The position numbers and the translations under genes were made by a program. Under the pieces are notes generated by a model. The model searched no databases. It was given only the letters and a program-made list of their open reading frames with translations, and was not told the DNA's origin. Below, piece after piece: positions 1-9,356 of a DNA stretch of 41,314 nt. Origin of the DNA: Duncaniella sp. Lineage in GTDB: Bacteria > Bacteroidota > Bacteroidia > Bacteroidales > Muribaculaceae. Each line of letters starts with the position of its first letter. The stretch's first letter is position 1. The stretch spans positions 1 through 41,314 of the forward strand of contig JAIDJD010000257.1 in assembly GCA_029052375.1 (NCBI GenBank), given 5' to 3'.

Positions 1-2
1 GC

Positions 3-1379
3 CCTGCTGTCTCCATACCCGAGGGATTTGGCCGCCTGATGGCCTCGATAGGCCTTGAGGAGCTCCCTGAGACGCTTGCCAAGGGCGTCCCGGAGGTCTC
101 CGTGCGCCTCAACCTCGCCAAGTCTCCCGAGCCTCCGGCCGGGGGCGAGCCGGTGCCCTGGTGTCCCGAAGGATATTACCTGCCCGAGCGTCCCCGCTTC
201 ACACTCGACCCGCGTCTCCACCAGGGGCTCTATTACGTCCAGGAGGGCGCGTCGATGTTCCACGCCCTGGTGGCTTCTCATCTTGTATCCGCCATAGGGC
301 GTCCCGTCCGTGTGCTCGACTCGTGCGCGGCCCCGGGAGGCAAGACCACCGCTGTCATGAGCCGTCTCCCAGAGGGGTCGTTCACGGTGGCCAACGAGAT
401 TATCCCCGCCCGCGCCGCCGTCCTGCGCGAGAACCTCCTCAAGTGGGGCGACCCGTCTGTGATGGTGACACGCGCCGACACGGCGGTCTTCGGCAGTCTC
501 GGCGAGACGTTCGACATCATCATAGCCGATGTCCCCTGCTCGGGCGAGGGTATGATGCGCAAGGACCCCGACGCCGCGGCCCAGTGGAGCCCCGGGCTGG
601 TAGAGGAGTGTGCCGCGCTCCAGCGCCGCATCGTGGCCAATATATGGCCGTCGCTCCGTCCGGGCGGATACCTTGTCTACAGCACCTGCACCTTCAACCG
701 CTCTGAGGACGAGGAGAATGTGGCCTGGATAGCCCGGGAGTTCGGCGCCGAGGGAGTGGAGATTCCTGTCGACCCCTCGTGGGGCATCGCCCCCGGCATA
801 GACACCGCGTATCCCTGCCGCCGCTTCATCCCCGGGCGCACACGCGGCGAGGGGCTCTTTGTGGCCGTTCTGCGCAAGCCGGGCACTCTCCCCTCTGCCG
901 TTTCTGCTCCGCACAAGGATAAGAAACAGAAGCAGAAGAAGGGTCAGAAGGGCCCTGCGGTTGATATTTCCTCTCTCTCGGCCCATCTGCTCAATCCCGA
1001 GAGGTTCACCATCTCGGCCACAGAAGAGCGCGTCACAGCCTTTCCTGCGGCCCATCTCGACCTCCTCCACAGGATTTCGGGCGTGGCCGATGTCATCCAC
1101 GAGGGGATACCGCTGGCCGCCGTCAAGGGGCGCGACCTCATCCCGGCCCATGCCCTCGCTCTCTCCACGGCCCTCTCCCCCGACACATATCCGCGGGTCG
1201 AGCTCTCGGAAGAGCAGGCGCTCGACTACCTGCGCGGCACCCTCGCATCGCTCCCTGACGGCACCCCCAGGGGACACGTCCTTGTCACCTTCGGCGGCCG
1301 GCCCCTCGGATGGATGAAAAACCTCGGCTCACGCGCCAACAACCTCTACCCCAACCCGTTCAGAATCAAAAAATTGTAA
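3..1379 (+). CDS. RsmB/RsmF (NOL1/NOP2/Sun) family rRNA cytosine-C5 methyltransferase, probably 5'-truncated by the window edge
   Basis: Motifs [42 protein letters not shown](D)E and the C-terminal [19 protein letters not shown]; the frame is open upstream of the ATG at 39 ([13 protein letters not shown]) to the window edge. Confidence 0.9.
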   Translation, partial: PAVSIPEGFGRLMASIGLEELPETLAKGVPEVSVRLNLAKSPEPPAGGEPVPWCPEGYYLPERPRFTLDPRLHQGLYYVQEGASMFHALVASHLVSAIGRPVRVLDSCAAPGGKTTAVMSRLPEGSFTVANEIIPARAAVLRENLLKWGDPSVMVTRADTAVFGSLGETFDIIIADVPCSGEGMMRKDPDAAAQWSPGLVEECAALQRRIVANIWPSLRPGGYLVYSTCTFNRSEDEENVAWIAREFGAEGVEIPVDPSWGIAPGIDTAYPCRRFIPGRTRGEGLFVAVLRKPGTLPSAVSAPHKDKKQKQKKGQKGPAVDISSLSAHLLNPERFTISATEERVTAFPAAHLDLLHRISGVADVIHEGIPLAAVKGRDLIPAHALALSTALSPDTYPRVELSEEQALDYLRGTLASLPDGTPRGHVLVTFGGRPLGWMKNLGSRANNLYPNPFRIKKL

Positions 1380-1419
1380 ATGCTCAATTTTCAATTCTAA
1401 ATTCTCAATTTCCAATTCC
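1371..1419. repeat. Degenerate heptamer tandem tract (CTCAATT/TTCAATT/CTAAATT)
   Basis: ctcaatt ttcaatt ctaaatt ctcaatt tccaatt fills the rsmF-trmD gap. Confidence 0.85.
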
Positions 1420-1426
1420 AGACCCC

Positions 1427-2110
1427 ATGCGTATCGATATACTCACCGTTCTCCCCGAGATGCTCGAGAGCCCTCTCGGATGCTCAATACTGAAGCGCGC
1501 CCAGGACAAGGGTCTCTGCGAGATACACGTCCACAACCTGCGCGACTGGAGCACCAACAAGCACCGCAAGGTAGACTCCTATCCCTTCGGAGGCGAGGCC
1601 GGCATGGTGATGCAGATAGAACCCGTAGACCGCGCCATATCTCAGCTCAAGGCCGAGCGCGAGTACGACGAGGTGATATTCACCTCGCCTGACGGCGAAC
1701 AGTTCAACCAGCCCATGGCCAACTCGCTCTCCCTCGCCGAGAACCTCATCATACTCTGCGGCCACTACAAGGGCGTCGACTACCGCATCCGCGAACATCT
1801 CGTGACCAAAGAAATCTCCATCGGCGACTACGTCCTCACCGGAGGCGAGATACCCGCCGTGGTCATAGCCGACTCCATCATCCGCCTCATACCCGGCGCC
1901 ATAGGCGATGAGCAGAGCGCCCTCTCGGACTCCTTCCAGGACAATCTCCTCGCCCCTCCCGTCTACGCCCGCCCCGCCGAATACAACGGCTGGCGTGTTC
2001 CCGACGTCCTCCTCTCCGGCCACAAGGCCAAGATAGACGAGTGGAAACACGAGCAGGCCCTCGAGCGCACCCTCCGCCTCCGCCCCGACCTCCTCGAGAG
2101 TGCAGAATGA
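1427..2110 (+). CDS. trmD: tRNA (guanine37-N1)-methyltransferase TrmD
   Basis: [12 protein letters not shown] start, [41 protein letters not shown]; ATG at 1427 (the ORF-track extension from 1310 translates the heptamer tract). Confidence 0.97.
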   Translation: MRIDILTVLPEMLESPLGCSILKRAQDKGLCEIHVHNLRDWSTNKHRKVDSYPFGGEAGMVMQIEPVDRAISQLKAEREYDEVIFTSPDGEQFNQPMANSLSLAENLIILCGHYKGVDYRIREHLVTKEISIGDYVLTGGEIPAVVIADSIIRLIPGAIGDEQSALSDSFQDNLLAPPVYARPAEYNGWRVPDVLLSGHKAKIDEWKHEQALERTLRLRPDLLESAE

Positions 2111-2128
2111 CCGTTCAATACATAGTCA

Positions 2129-2209
2129 TGCAACCTAACGGCGGAGCCCTACTATCAAGGGCGGAGCCCTCATGATTGCCAAACAGACTGCAACCTAACG
2201 GCGGAGCCC
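2129..2209. repeat. 21-bp direct repeat (TGCAACCTAACGGCGGAGCCC x2, 60-bp period) with an internal AGGGCGGAGCCCT hairpin
   Basis: Identical copies at 2129-2149 and 2189-2209; perfect hairpin at 2158-2170. Confidence 0.85.
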
Positions 2210-2273
2210 CCGGTTAGCTTCCTGGAAGATGTTTCCACAGATTTCCACTTGCCGTTTGGAAAATCGATGACAT

Positions 2274-2323
2274 AAAAATCCCGGCCCCGCAAGATTGTGG
2301 TCTCGCGGGGCCGGGATGCTTTA
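2274..2323 (-). terminator. Intrinsic terminator between convergent trmD and rubrerythrin (possibly bidirectional)
   Basis: ATCCCGGCCCCGC...GCGGGGCCGGGAT stem with an A-run on the left (U-tract on the minus strand). Confidence 0.8.
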
Positions 2324-2346
2324 TGTATTATGTCAGGTTAACAGCT

Positions 2347-2943
2347 TCAGATGATGTCTTCGTAGTCCATGCCCATATAGTGCTGATAGGGATGGTCGCA
2401 GGCCGGACAGGTCTCGGGCGGCTCGGTGCCTGTGTACTCGTATCCGCATACGAGACACTTCCAGAGGATAGGTTTCTCGCGTTTCCACACGGTGTCCTCC
2501 TTGACCTGCTTCAGGTAGTGGAGAAAACGGCGTCGGTGGCCGCTCTCTATCTCGGCTATGGCACGGAAGTGCGAGGCTATCTCGGTGAATCCTTCCTCGT
2601 CGGCCACCTTGGCGGCCGCCTGATACTGTTCGGTGCCCTCAACGAGTTCTTCCTGGGCCGCAATCTCGAGATTCTGCTCTGTGGTGCCTATGATGCCGGC
2701 GTCTACGCCGGGCATCGTAACGTCTGCCTGGCCGCCCTCGAGCATCTTGAAGAAGACCTTGGCGTGGCGCAGCTCGTTGGCCGCGGTGTCGTTGAATATC
2801 TGCTGTACGGGGAAATATTTTTCCTTCTCTGCCTGCTGGGCGTAGAAGGTATATCGGCTGTAGGCCGAGGATTCGGAGAGGTAGGCGCGCACAATCGCTT
2901 TCTCGGTGCGTGTCCCCTTGATGCTTTTCTTACCTTTTGCCAT
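2347..2943 (-). CDS. rbr: Rubrerythrin
   Basis: ESSAYSRYTFYA, NELRHAKVF, EIESGHRRRF diiron motifs; C-terminal rubredoxin-like WKCLVCGY...CPACDHP. Confidence 0.95.
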   Translation of the reverse strand: MAKGKKSIKGTRTEKAIVRAYLSESSAYSRYTFYAQQAEKEKYFPVQQIFNDTAANELRHAKVFFKMLEGGQADVTMPGVDAGIIGTTEQNLEIAAQEELVEGTEQYQAAAKVADEEGFTEIASHFRAIAEIESGHRRRFLHYLKQVKEDTVWKREKPILWKCLVCGYEYTGTEPPETCPACDHPYQHYMGMDYEDII

Positions 2944-3015
2944 AGTGTTGTTTTGTTATGGTTTGCTTTTCCTACAACACTCATGGCTCGTCCAGAGTTC
3001 AGAATGGGTGGGGGA

Positions 3016-3819
3016 TTATTGTTTTCCGGCGGCGAGGGCGCAGAGCCTTGCCAGGACGTAGACACCGGCCATGGTCAGCACTATCAGCGCCGAGCAAGGC
3101 ACCTCCACCACAAGACCGAGCATCAGTCCGCCGGTCGAGCACACGAGCGAGACAGCTATGCTCAGCCACATTATAGACTTGAAACGCCTGGCGAAGACCT
3201 CGGCGGTCATCTGCGGCATGGCCAGCATGGACATCAGGAGCATCACGCCTACCAGGCGTATGGTCAGCACAATGCAGACAGCCGTCAGCACGGTCATGGC
3301 TGTGGACACAAACCCTACTGGGAGCCCCCTGACCCGCGCGAAGTCGGGGTCGAAGGCGCATATCACTATCTTGTCGTACATCGAGGCCATGAAGATGACA
3401 AGCAGGGCCGTGAAGCCTCCGAACATCCACAGGTCTCCGCGCGATATGGTGAGGATGTTGCCGAAGAGAAAGCTGTTGAGCTCGGGGACATATCCGGGCG
3501 TCAGAAAGATGAAGATGGTGCCTATGGCCATGCCGAAGGCCCAGATGACCGCTATGGCCGAGTCTTCGCGGACGCGGTGGCGGGCAGACACCCACTGGAC
3601 GCCGAGCGACGAGGCCACCGCAAAGAGCGCGGCTGTGGCCACGGGGCTGACGCCGAGATAATATCCGAGGCCAAGGCCTCCGAAGCAGGCGTGGGTGACG
3701 CCGCCGGATATGGAGACAAGACGGCGGCTCACAATATATGTGCCTATCATAGCCGACGCAACGCTCAGAAGCACCACCCCGACAAGGGCATTGATAAAGA
3801 ATCCGTAACTGAACATCAT
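3016..3819 (-). CDS. Zn/Mn ABC transporter permease (ZnuB/ABC-3 family)
   Basis: Hydrophobic; GTYIVSRRLVSISGGVTHACFGG, REDSAIAVIWAFGMAIG, LNSFLFGNIL, FDPDFARVRG. Confidence 0.9.
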   Translation of the reverse strand: MMFSYGFFINALVGVVLLSVASAMIGTYIVSRRLVSISGGVTHACFGGLGLGYYLGVSPVATAALFAVASSLGVQWVSARHRVREDSAIAVIWAFGMAIGTIFIFLTPGYVPELNSFLFGNILTISRGDLWMFGGFTALLVIFMASMYDKIVICAFDPDFARVRGLPVGFVSTAMTVLTAVCIVLTIRLVGVMLLMSMLAMPQMTAEVFARRFKSIMWLSIAVSLVCSTGGLMLGLVVEVPCSALIVLTMAGVYVLARLCALAAGKQ

Positions 3820-3820
3820 T

Positions 3821-4219
3821 TCAGGATGGTTTATTGGCAGAGCTCTCTTCGCAGAGCATCACCCACTCGTCCCGGAGGGTTTCGGGCAGTTCGATGCCGC
3901 GCCGGCCGAGGGCCGCGCCCCAGGCAAAGACATCCTCGGGCAGCAGCGTGTAGAGGACGTTGCGGAACTGCTCGATCTCATCGTCGTCATACGAGCCTCC
4001 GGCCCGACCCTTGTAGCGGTCGAGCTCCTCGTCGTCGAAGTAGAGCGGCCCGTCGGCGCTCACGGCCTTCTTCTCGCAGACTGCGTGCAGGCCGCAACAT
4101 TCATCGCTCTCGGCCCTCTCCTCGGTCCGGGGTGCGGCGGATGGGTCGGGCCTGTGGGTCAGCTTCAGGATGACGCCCGTGAGGACGAGGACACCCAAGA
4201 TTATCAGCGCCCCGGTCAT
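3821..4219 (-). CDS. Small membrane-anchored hypothetical protein with a CCGLHAVC motif
   Basis: N-terminal TM helix, ECCGLHAVCEK, YFDDEELDRYKGR; start overlaps the aroA stop (ATGA). Confidence 0.8.
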   Translation of the reverse strand: MTGALIILGVLVLTGVILKLTHRPDPSAAPRTEERAESDECCGLHAVCEKKAVSADGPLYFDDEELDRYKGRAGGSYDDDEIEQFRNVLYTLLPEDVFAWGAALGRRGIELPETLRDEWVMLCEESSANKPS

Positions 4220-5478
4220 CCTTCGGCCTCCTCTTCAATCTCCTGTATGGTGAATCCCGCTCCGGCGAGCTGTTCCCAGAACTCAGGATAAGACTTGTTG
4301 ACGACGTCGGGGTCGCATATCACAATCCCGGGCAGGAATATCGACGCCGGGGCCAGGGCCATGGCCATACGGTGGTCGTCGTATGTCTCGAACACCGGCA
4401 GCTCGCGTATGGGATTGCGCCTGCCGTCCCACTCCATCGTGCCGTGGACGGGAGTGTCTATCACGACGCCGACCTTGAGCATCTCGGCACAGAGGGCCGC
4501 TATGCGGTCGGTCTCCTTGATGGCCAGCGTCCCGAGGCCGGTGAAGCGGAAGGGATAGCCGAGCATTGCGCAGGTCACGGTCGCGTAGGGCACGAGGTCG
4601 GGGTTGTCCGAGAAGTCTATCACGGCCCTTGCGTCGGGGTCGGGGTTGGCCAGGAGGTCTGTGCCTCCCTCCTCGCCCGGCTCGGTGACCACGCCGAGGC
4701 GCGAGTATATGTCGGCCAGGCGGCGGTCTCCCTGGACAGAGCCTTCTGTGGCCAGGTTCGAGACATTTATGATGCCGGCGGCCATGGCCTCGGTCTCATA
4801 CCATGCGGCCGCGGCGCTCCAGTCTCCCTCTATGGGGCGTGGACAGGCGGGAGCGCGGTATGAGCCGTGGGGCACCGAGACACCCCCGGGGGTCAGCTCG
4901 CCCTCCACACCGGCGTCGGCCATCAGTCTGAGCGTCATCTGTATGTAGGGACGCGAGACGGGGTCGCCCTTGAACACTATCTTAAGTCCCTGCCTCATCA
5001 GCGGGGCTATCATCAGCAGGGCCGAGATATACTGAGAGCTCACCGTGGCGTCCATCTCTATCTCGCCGCCCTCGAGCCTCCTGCCCGTGACGGCGAGCGG
5101 CGGAAATCCCTCCTCGCCCTCATACTCTATGTCGGCGCCGAGGGCCCTCAGGGCATCCACGAGCACACCTATGGGCCTGTGGCGCATACGTTCCGAGCCG
5201 TCGAGGCGCACACGGCGGCCCTCCTGCACGGCATAGAAGGCGGTGAGGAAGCGCATGGTGGTGCCGCCGGCGCCGCAGTCGACCTCCACGGCCTCGGGGT
5301 CGGACAATGCATTGGCTATGAGGCGTGTGTCGTCACACTCGGCCACGGGCGCCGGTGCGGGCGCGCCGGGTGTCAGCGCCGCTATCACCAGGGCGCGGGC
5401 GCTCTGGCTCTTGGAGAGGGGCAGGGTGACGCGTGCCTCCATGAAGTCTTCGGGGGGGAATATTCTGTATCTCTTCAT
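4216..5478 (-). CDS. aroA: 3-phosphoshikimate 1-carboxyvinyltransferase
   Basis: LPLSKSQSARAL, GAGGTTMRFL, SSQYISALL, KETDRIAAL, TYDDHRMAMA, VNKSYPEFW. Confidence 0.96.
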   Translation of the reverse strand: MKRYRIFPPEDFMEARVTLPLSKSQSARALVIAALTPGAPAPAPVAECDDTRLIANALSDPEAVEVDCGAGGTTMRFLTAFYAVQEGRRVRLDGSERMRHRPIGVLVDALRALGADIEYEGEEGFPPLAVTGRRLEGGEIEMDATVSSQYISALLMIAPLMRQGLKIVFKGDPVSRPYIQMTLRLMADAGVEGELTPGGVSVPHGSYRAPACPRPIEGDWSAAAAWYETEAMAAGIINVSNLATEGSVQGDRRLADIYSRLGVVTEPGEEGGTDLLANPDPDARAVIDFSDNPDLVPYATVTCAMLGYPFRFTGLGTLAIKETDRIAALCAEMLKVGVVIDTPVHGTMEWDGRRNPIRELPVFETYDDHRMAMALAPASIFLPGIVICDPDVVNKSYPEFWEQLAGAGFTIQEIEEEAEG

Positions 5479-5505
5479 TGTGTCTTTATGTGCGTGGGGT
5501 ATGTT

Positions 5506-6084
5506 TCATCTTGCGGGATATACGGCTGTCAGCACCGTCTTTTCCTCGCCGCGCCACGGGAGGGTGGCGTAGTAGCGTTCTGTAACGAGCTCGACGGGGA
5601 TGCCCGAGCCCTGGTATGACTGCAGCACGCGCCCGAGCGAGTCGTCGGGCACAGAGATCCTGACGTCTGTCTTGAAGCTCCTGTCGGCCACGCTGCTCTC
5701 CGAGATTATCTCTCCCTCGTATGTCTTGAATATCACGCCGCGCTTCTCCACCCTTAGCACGTACCCTTTGATGCGTGAATCCTCGGCGTAGGGGTTGAAC
5801 CACCGTATCCACACACACGCGGCTGTGACGCCGAGCAGGATGGCTATGGTCCACCACACCCACCTGCGGTGACGGCGGCGTGGCCGCGGGGAGGGGTCTT
5901 GGGCTCCTCCTGCACCGCCGAACTCGAATGTCCGTGGGGGGGCGCCCTGCTCTCCGGCCGCGGGGTCTCCGGCCTGTGGGGCGGTGTCGTCACTGCTTGC
6001 CGGCCCTGTCTGTCCGGGCTCGGAGGTCTGCTGTGAGAAGTCGGTCAGGAAGCGGTCGTTCTTCTCGAGGTCAAAGAGTTTCAT
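5506..6084 (-). CDS. Hypothetical single-pass membrane protein
   Basis: Start MKLFDLEK overlaps the upstream stop (ATGA at 6081-6084); disordered N-terminus, TM segment, then GYVLRVEKRGVIFKTYEGE...YATLPWRGE. Confidence 0.75.
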   Translation of the reverse strand: MKLFDLEKNDRFLTDFSQQTSEPGQTGPASSDDTAPQAGDPAAGEQGAPPRTFEFGGAGGAQDPSPRPRRRHRRWVWWTIAILLGVTAACVWIRWFNPYAEDSRIKGYVLRVEKRGVIFKTYEGEIISESSVADRSFKTDVRISVPDDSLGRVLQSYQGSGIPVELVTERYYATLPWRGEEKTVLTAVYPAR

Positions 6085-7130
6085 TTCTTGTTTTTTGTGA
6101 GGGCTATCCACCCGAAGGTGAAGAGGCCCAGGATGATGAGAGTGATAGTAGAGGTGCCCATCACCATATTGGCGAAGGCCGCGCTGTAGTCGCGTGTCAG
6201 CCCGGGCACATTGTAGAGCGACAGGCCGAAGATGAGGGCCCACTGGTAGGGGCCGATGCCGCCGTTGGAGGGGACGCCCATCGAGATGCTCGTGAGTATG
6301 AAGCATACCATCAGCGCCTTGAAGCCGTATGTGCCTGTCACCTCGGCCGTCAGCGGGAAGGCTTGGAAGGCCATCCACAGCGAGGCTATGTAGGCCCCCC
6401 AGATAAAGACGGTGTAGAAGAGCCACTTGCCCTTGCCGTCCATGCGTACTATGACGGCAAATCCCTGCCACAGTCCTGCCAGAATGCCGCGCACGGCCCT
6501 TACCATCCTGTGGCCGGGGTGTCTGGCCCAGAGCCATACACAGGCGCCTGCGGCCAGGAAGATGCCGGCCCAGAGCCACGGAGAGGTCAGCAGGGCCAGG
6601 AAGAACGAGGGCTCGGCCGGGTCTGACGTGTCAAGCTCCTCGGGGCGGATGAAGCTCATCAGCTGTGACGCCGCGAAGGTGAAGGTGGCCAGCGTCAGCA
6701 GCAGCACGGCGAGGGTGTCCGTCAGGCGGTCGGCCACCATCGAGCCGAACACCTTGGTGAAGGGTGCGTTCTGGCGCTGGGCCACGAATCCCGTGCGCCA
6801 CAGCTCGCCGAGCCTCGGCAGCACGAGGTTGACCGAATAGGTGCCGAAGATACTCAGCGTCAGCTCCCACAGTCCCGAGCGTATCCCGAGGGCCTTGAGC
6901 TGGAGCTGCCAGCGGGCCGCGCGGGCCACATGGGCCGCGATGGTCAGGGCGATGTTGGCCCACATCCAGCGGAAGTCACACTCGGTCTTCATCGTCTGCC
7001 ACATGGCCTTGAAGTCCATGCCGCGGAACAGCAGCCAGCAGAGCCCCGCGCTGATGGCCAGGGGCAGTATGGCGCCGCCCAGCAGCCTGCGGGCCTTGTG
7101 GCCGCCCGCTATGCTGTCTGTCTGTGTCAT
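6081..7130 (-). CDS. Lysylphosphatidylglycerol-synthase TM / UPF0104 flippase-like membrane protein
   Basis: ARAARWQLQL, VNLVLPRLGELWR, FGSMVADRLTD, VPSNGGIGPYQ; start MTQTD overlaps the upstream stop. Confidence 0.85.
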   Translation of the reverse strand: MTQTDSIAGGHKARRLLGGAILPLAISAGLCWLLFRGMDFKAMWQTMKTECDFRWMWANIALTIAAHVARAARWQLQLKALGIRSGLWELTLSIFGTYSVNLVLPRLGELWRTGFVAQRQNAPFTKVFGSMVADRLTDTLAVLLLTLATFTFAASQLMSFIRPEELDTSDPAEPSFFLALLTSPWLWAGIFLAAGACVWLWARHPGHRMVRAVRGILAGLWQGFAVIVRMDGKGKWLFYTVFIWGAYIASLWMAFQAFPLTAEVTGTYGFKALMVCFILTSISMGVPSNGGIGPYQWALIFGLSLYNVPGLTRDYSAAFANMVMGTSTITLIILGLFTFGWIALTKNKK

Positions 7131-9253
7131 CGTGCCAGGTTTGATATGTTGCTGGTGTTGCGGAAGCGTCCTCCTATCATGCCGTTCTGCCCTCCTCCGA
7201 GGCCGTTGTTGCGCGTGGCGTTCTGCATGAAGGGGTCGTCGAAAAACTCGTCCTCCTCTTCCTCTTCCGAGGCGTTGGGGTCTTGCTCGCCCTTCTTCTT
7301 CTTGGGCTTGTTCTTGACTATCTCGTAGGGCTTCTGCTGTTCCACGGGCAGTTCGTTGATGTTCCATTCCTGCTCGATGTCCCAGTTTTTCTTGAGGTTG
7401 AACTTGCGGGGATAGTAATACACCTCCTCGGGCTGGCGCAGGGAGGCTATCGAGCCGGTGGTCCAGAGAGAGTCGCCGTCGGTGTCTATGAAGAGGCGGG
7501 CATAATATGTGCCGGGGTTGATGTACTCTATCCTCACGCCTCCGGTGCTGTCTGCGGCCACGGCGGTCACGGGCGCGTCCGATGTGTTGAGCAGCTCTAC
7601 CACGGCCCGGCGTCCGTCGAGGCCGCTGATGTTGAAGCTCAGCGTAGAGTAGTCAGACCGGCTCTTGGCCAGAATCTCTGTCTGCACATACTTGTTCGAG
7701 ATGCCGTAGATGTCTGTGAAAGCGGCCGAGTCTACCGTCAGGCGGTATTTCTGCCCGCTCTCCCACTCTACGGGGGCCACCCACACCAGAGGGTTGAGCG
7801 GCCGGGCCCTTCTCAGGCTCAGGTTGCCGGCGGGATACCACACGGAGTCTATCTCCATCTCGAGCCTGAGGCCCGTGGTGTCCACAGAGGCTATTGGCGT
7901 GGGGCTCTTGAACATCAGGGGCTTGTGGAGGTCGGCGGGGACAGGGCTGGCCAGCTTGAGGTCGAGATGCTTCACCTCCTGGCGCGGCAGGTCGGCCCAC
8001 TCGAGGGTGTCCTCCTGGTTTTCTATCTTCTTGCGGTTTTTCTCGCGGGTGTCGGCGTTGAGCTTCATGATGCGCTCTACCTCTTTCTCGAAGTTCTCGC
8101 GCTTCTTGCGGGCCTCCTCGTCGCGCTTCTTCTTTGACATCGGGCCGCGGACATTCATCTTGAGGGTGTCTGTGGCCAGCGAGAGGCCGCCGAGGGTGTC
8201 GGTCTTCATATACTCGAGGGCCACGGTCAGCGAGTCGCGCTCGTATATGGCCGAGTCCGTTATCCAGTAGACCAGAGTGTCCATCGTGGCCGACGACTCT
8301 ACCACGGCCCACTCCGACGACTCCTGGCCTGCCCTCGGGGTGTTGACCAGCCTCAGGCGGGGCAGGGTGTCGGCCTTGGCCGAGAGGGTGAAGGTCAGCT
8401 TCTCTATCGCGGGGCGCTTGTACTCCTTGAGGTATTGGGGGGTGTACTCCTCGTTGAACCACGTCAGCAGCACGTCGTCCGGCAGAAACCTCGTTATGCC
8501 GCGCGTCACCAGCGAGTCGCGTATCCCCGCATGGTTCAGCAGGGTGTCTGTCACGGTGGCGGGCTCGGCGCTCGGCGTCAGCGTCACGTCGTAGAAGGCC
8601 ACATCCTCCGAGCGGTCCCAGTGGTAGTCGCGGTTGACGTCGTTGATGGCAAAGATGCGGTATGTGCCGGGGGCCATGTTGCGGACGGTGAACTCGCCCC
8701 GCTGGTTGGTCTTGGTGATGCGCTCCATGGGCAGGGTGGTCAGCGCCGTGTCCGAGAGATTTGAGTAGACGCCCACGAGCATCCCCTGGGCCGGCTCGAG
8801 ATTGCGCGCCTGGAAGACGCGCCCCGATATGCACAGCGTGTCGAGGGTGTCGCCTGTCGAGAAGTCGAGCGCCATGCCGTCGAGTATGTTGCCCTCGTTG
8901 AGGTCCTTGATGGCGTCGGCAAAGTCTATGGTATATGTGGTGTTGGGCCTGAGGCTGTCTCTCAGCTCCACATAGACACGCCTGCCGACATTGGAGATGG
9001 CGGGCATATTCTTCTGGGCCGGAGAGACTATCACCTTGCTCATGGCATCGTCGAGCGACACATTCTCGTCAAACTCGAGCATGATGCGCTGGCGGTTGAA
9101 GTTGAGCTGGCCCATGGAGGGCGTGGAGCCCACATACACCGGAGGAGTCTCGTCTCGCGGGCCTCCTTCGGGGCGTCCCATGTTGGCACACGCGGCGGCT
9201 ATCATCGCCCATGCCGCCGCAACCAGCATATGCAGTGGTCTAAGTCTTGGCAT
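7127..9253 (-). CDS. Ig-like (Big_5/SbsA-type) domain lipoprotein
   Basis: Lipobox AAAC followed by ANMGRPEGGPRDETPP, EFDENV, LRPNTTYTIDFADAIKDLNEGN; exact start (9253 vs 9277) uncertain. Confidence 0.85.
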   Translation of the reverse strand: MPRLRPLHMLVAAAWAMIAAACANMGRPEGGPRDETPPVYVGSTPSMGQLNFNRQRIMLEFDENVSLDDAMSKVIVSPAQKNMPAISNVGRRVYVELRDSLRPNTTYTIDFADAIKDLNEGNILDGMALDFSTGDTLDTLCISGRVFQARNLEPAQGMLVGVYSNLSDTALTTLPMERITKTNQRGEFTVRNMAPGTYRIFAINDVNRDYHWDRSEDVAFYDVTLTPSAEPATVTDTLLNHAGIRDSLVTRGITRFLPDDVLLTWFNEEYTPQYLKEYKRPAIEKLTFTLSAKADTLPRLRLVNTPRAGQESSEWAVVESSATMDTLVYWITDSAIYERDSLTVALEYMKTDTLGGLSLATDTLKMNVRGPMSKKKRDEEARKKRENFEKEVERIMKLNADTREKNRKKIENQEDTLEWADLPRQEVKHLDLKLASPVPADLHKPLMFKSPTPIASVDTTGLRLEMEIDSVWYPAGNLSLRRARPLNPLVWVAPVEWESGQKYRLTVDSAAFTDIYGISNKYVQTEILAKSRSDYSTLSFNISGLDGRRAVVELLNTSDAPVTAVAADSTGGVRIEYINPGTYYARLFIDTDGDSLWTTGSIASLRQPEEVYYYPRKFNLKKNWDIEQEWNINELPVEQQKPYEIVKNKPKKKKGEQDPNASEEEEEDEFFDDPFMQNATRNNGLGGGQNGMIGGRFRNTSNISNLAR

Positions 9254-9274
9254 ACTTATTTTATTATCAACTTG

Positions 9275-9323
9275 CAAAGATAGGGAAAAGAATTGAGAAT
9301 CTTAAATTCTTTTCCTACCTTTG
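9275..9323. promoter_or_regulatory. Divergent Bacteroidetes sigma-A -7 elements (TAnnTTTG)
   Basis: TATCTTTG on the minus strand (9275-9282) and TACCTTTG on the plus strand (9316-9323) between divergent genes. Confidence 0.75.
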
Positions 9324-9356
9324 TGGCATATTATACCCCGAAACTCCTAAACTCCT

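Noticed and set aside
1310-1426. ORF-track N-terminal extensions (trmD, 5506-6579, 6081-7367, 10693, apt 31550, purC 27163, FKBP 36813)
   Set aside because: They run through repeats, promoters, parS or neighbouring genes; downstream ATGs match family N-termini and stop/start overlaps.
2323-4173. 616-aa plus-strand ORF and other long antisense ORFs (e.g. 9315-10658, 15511-16863, 20040-21398, 27419-28822)
   Set aside because: Shadow frames of well-supported opposite-strand genes, expected from high GC3; no recognisable motifs.
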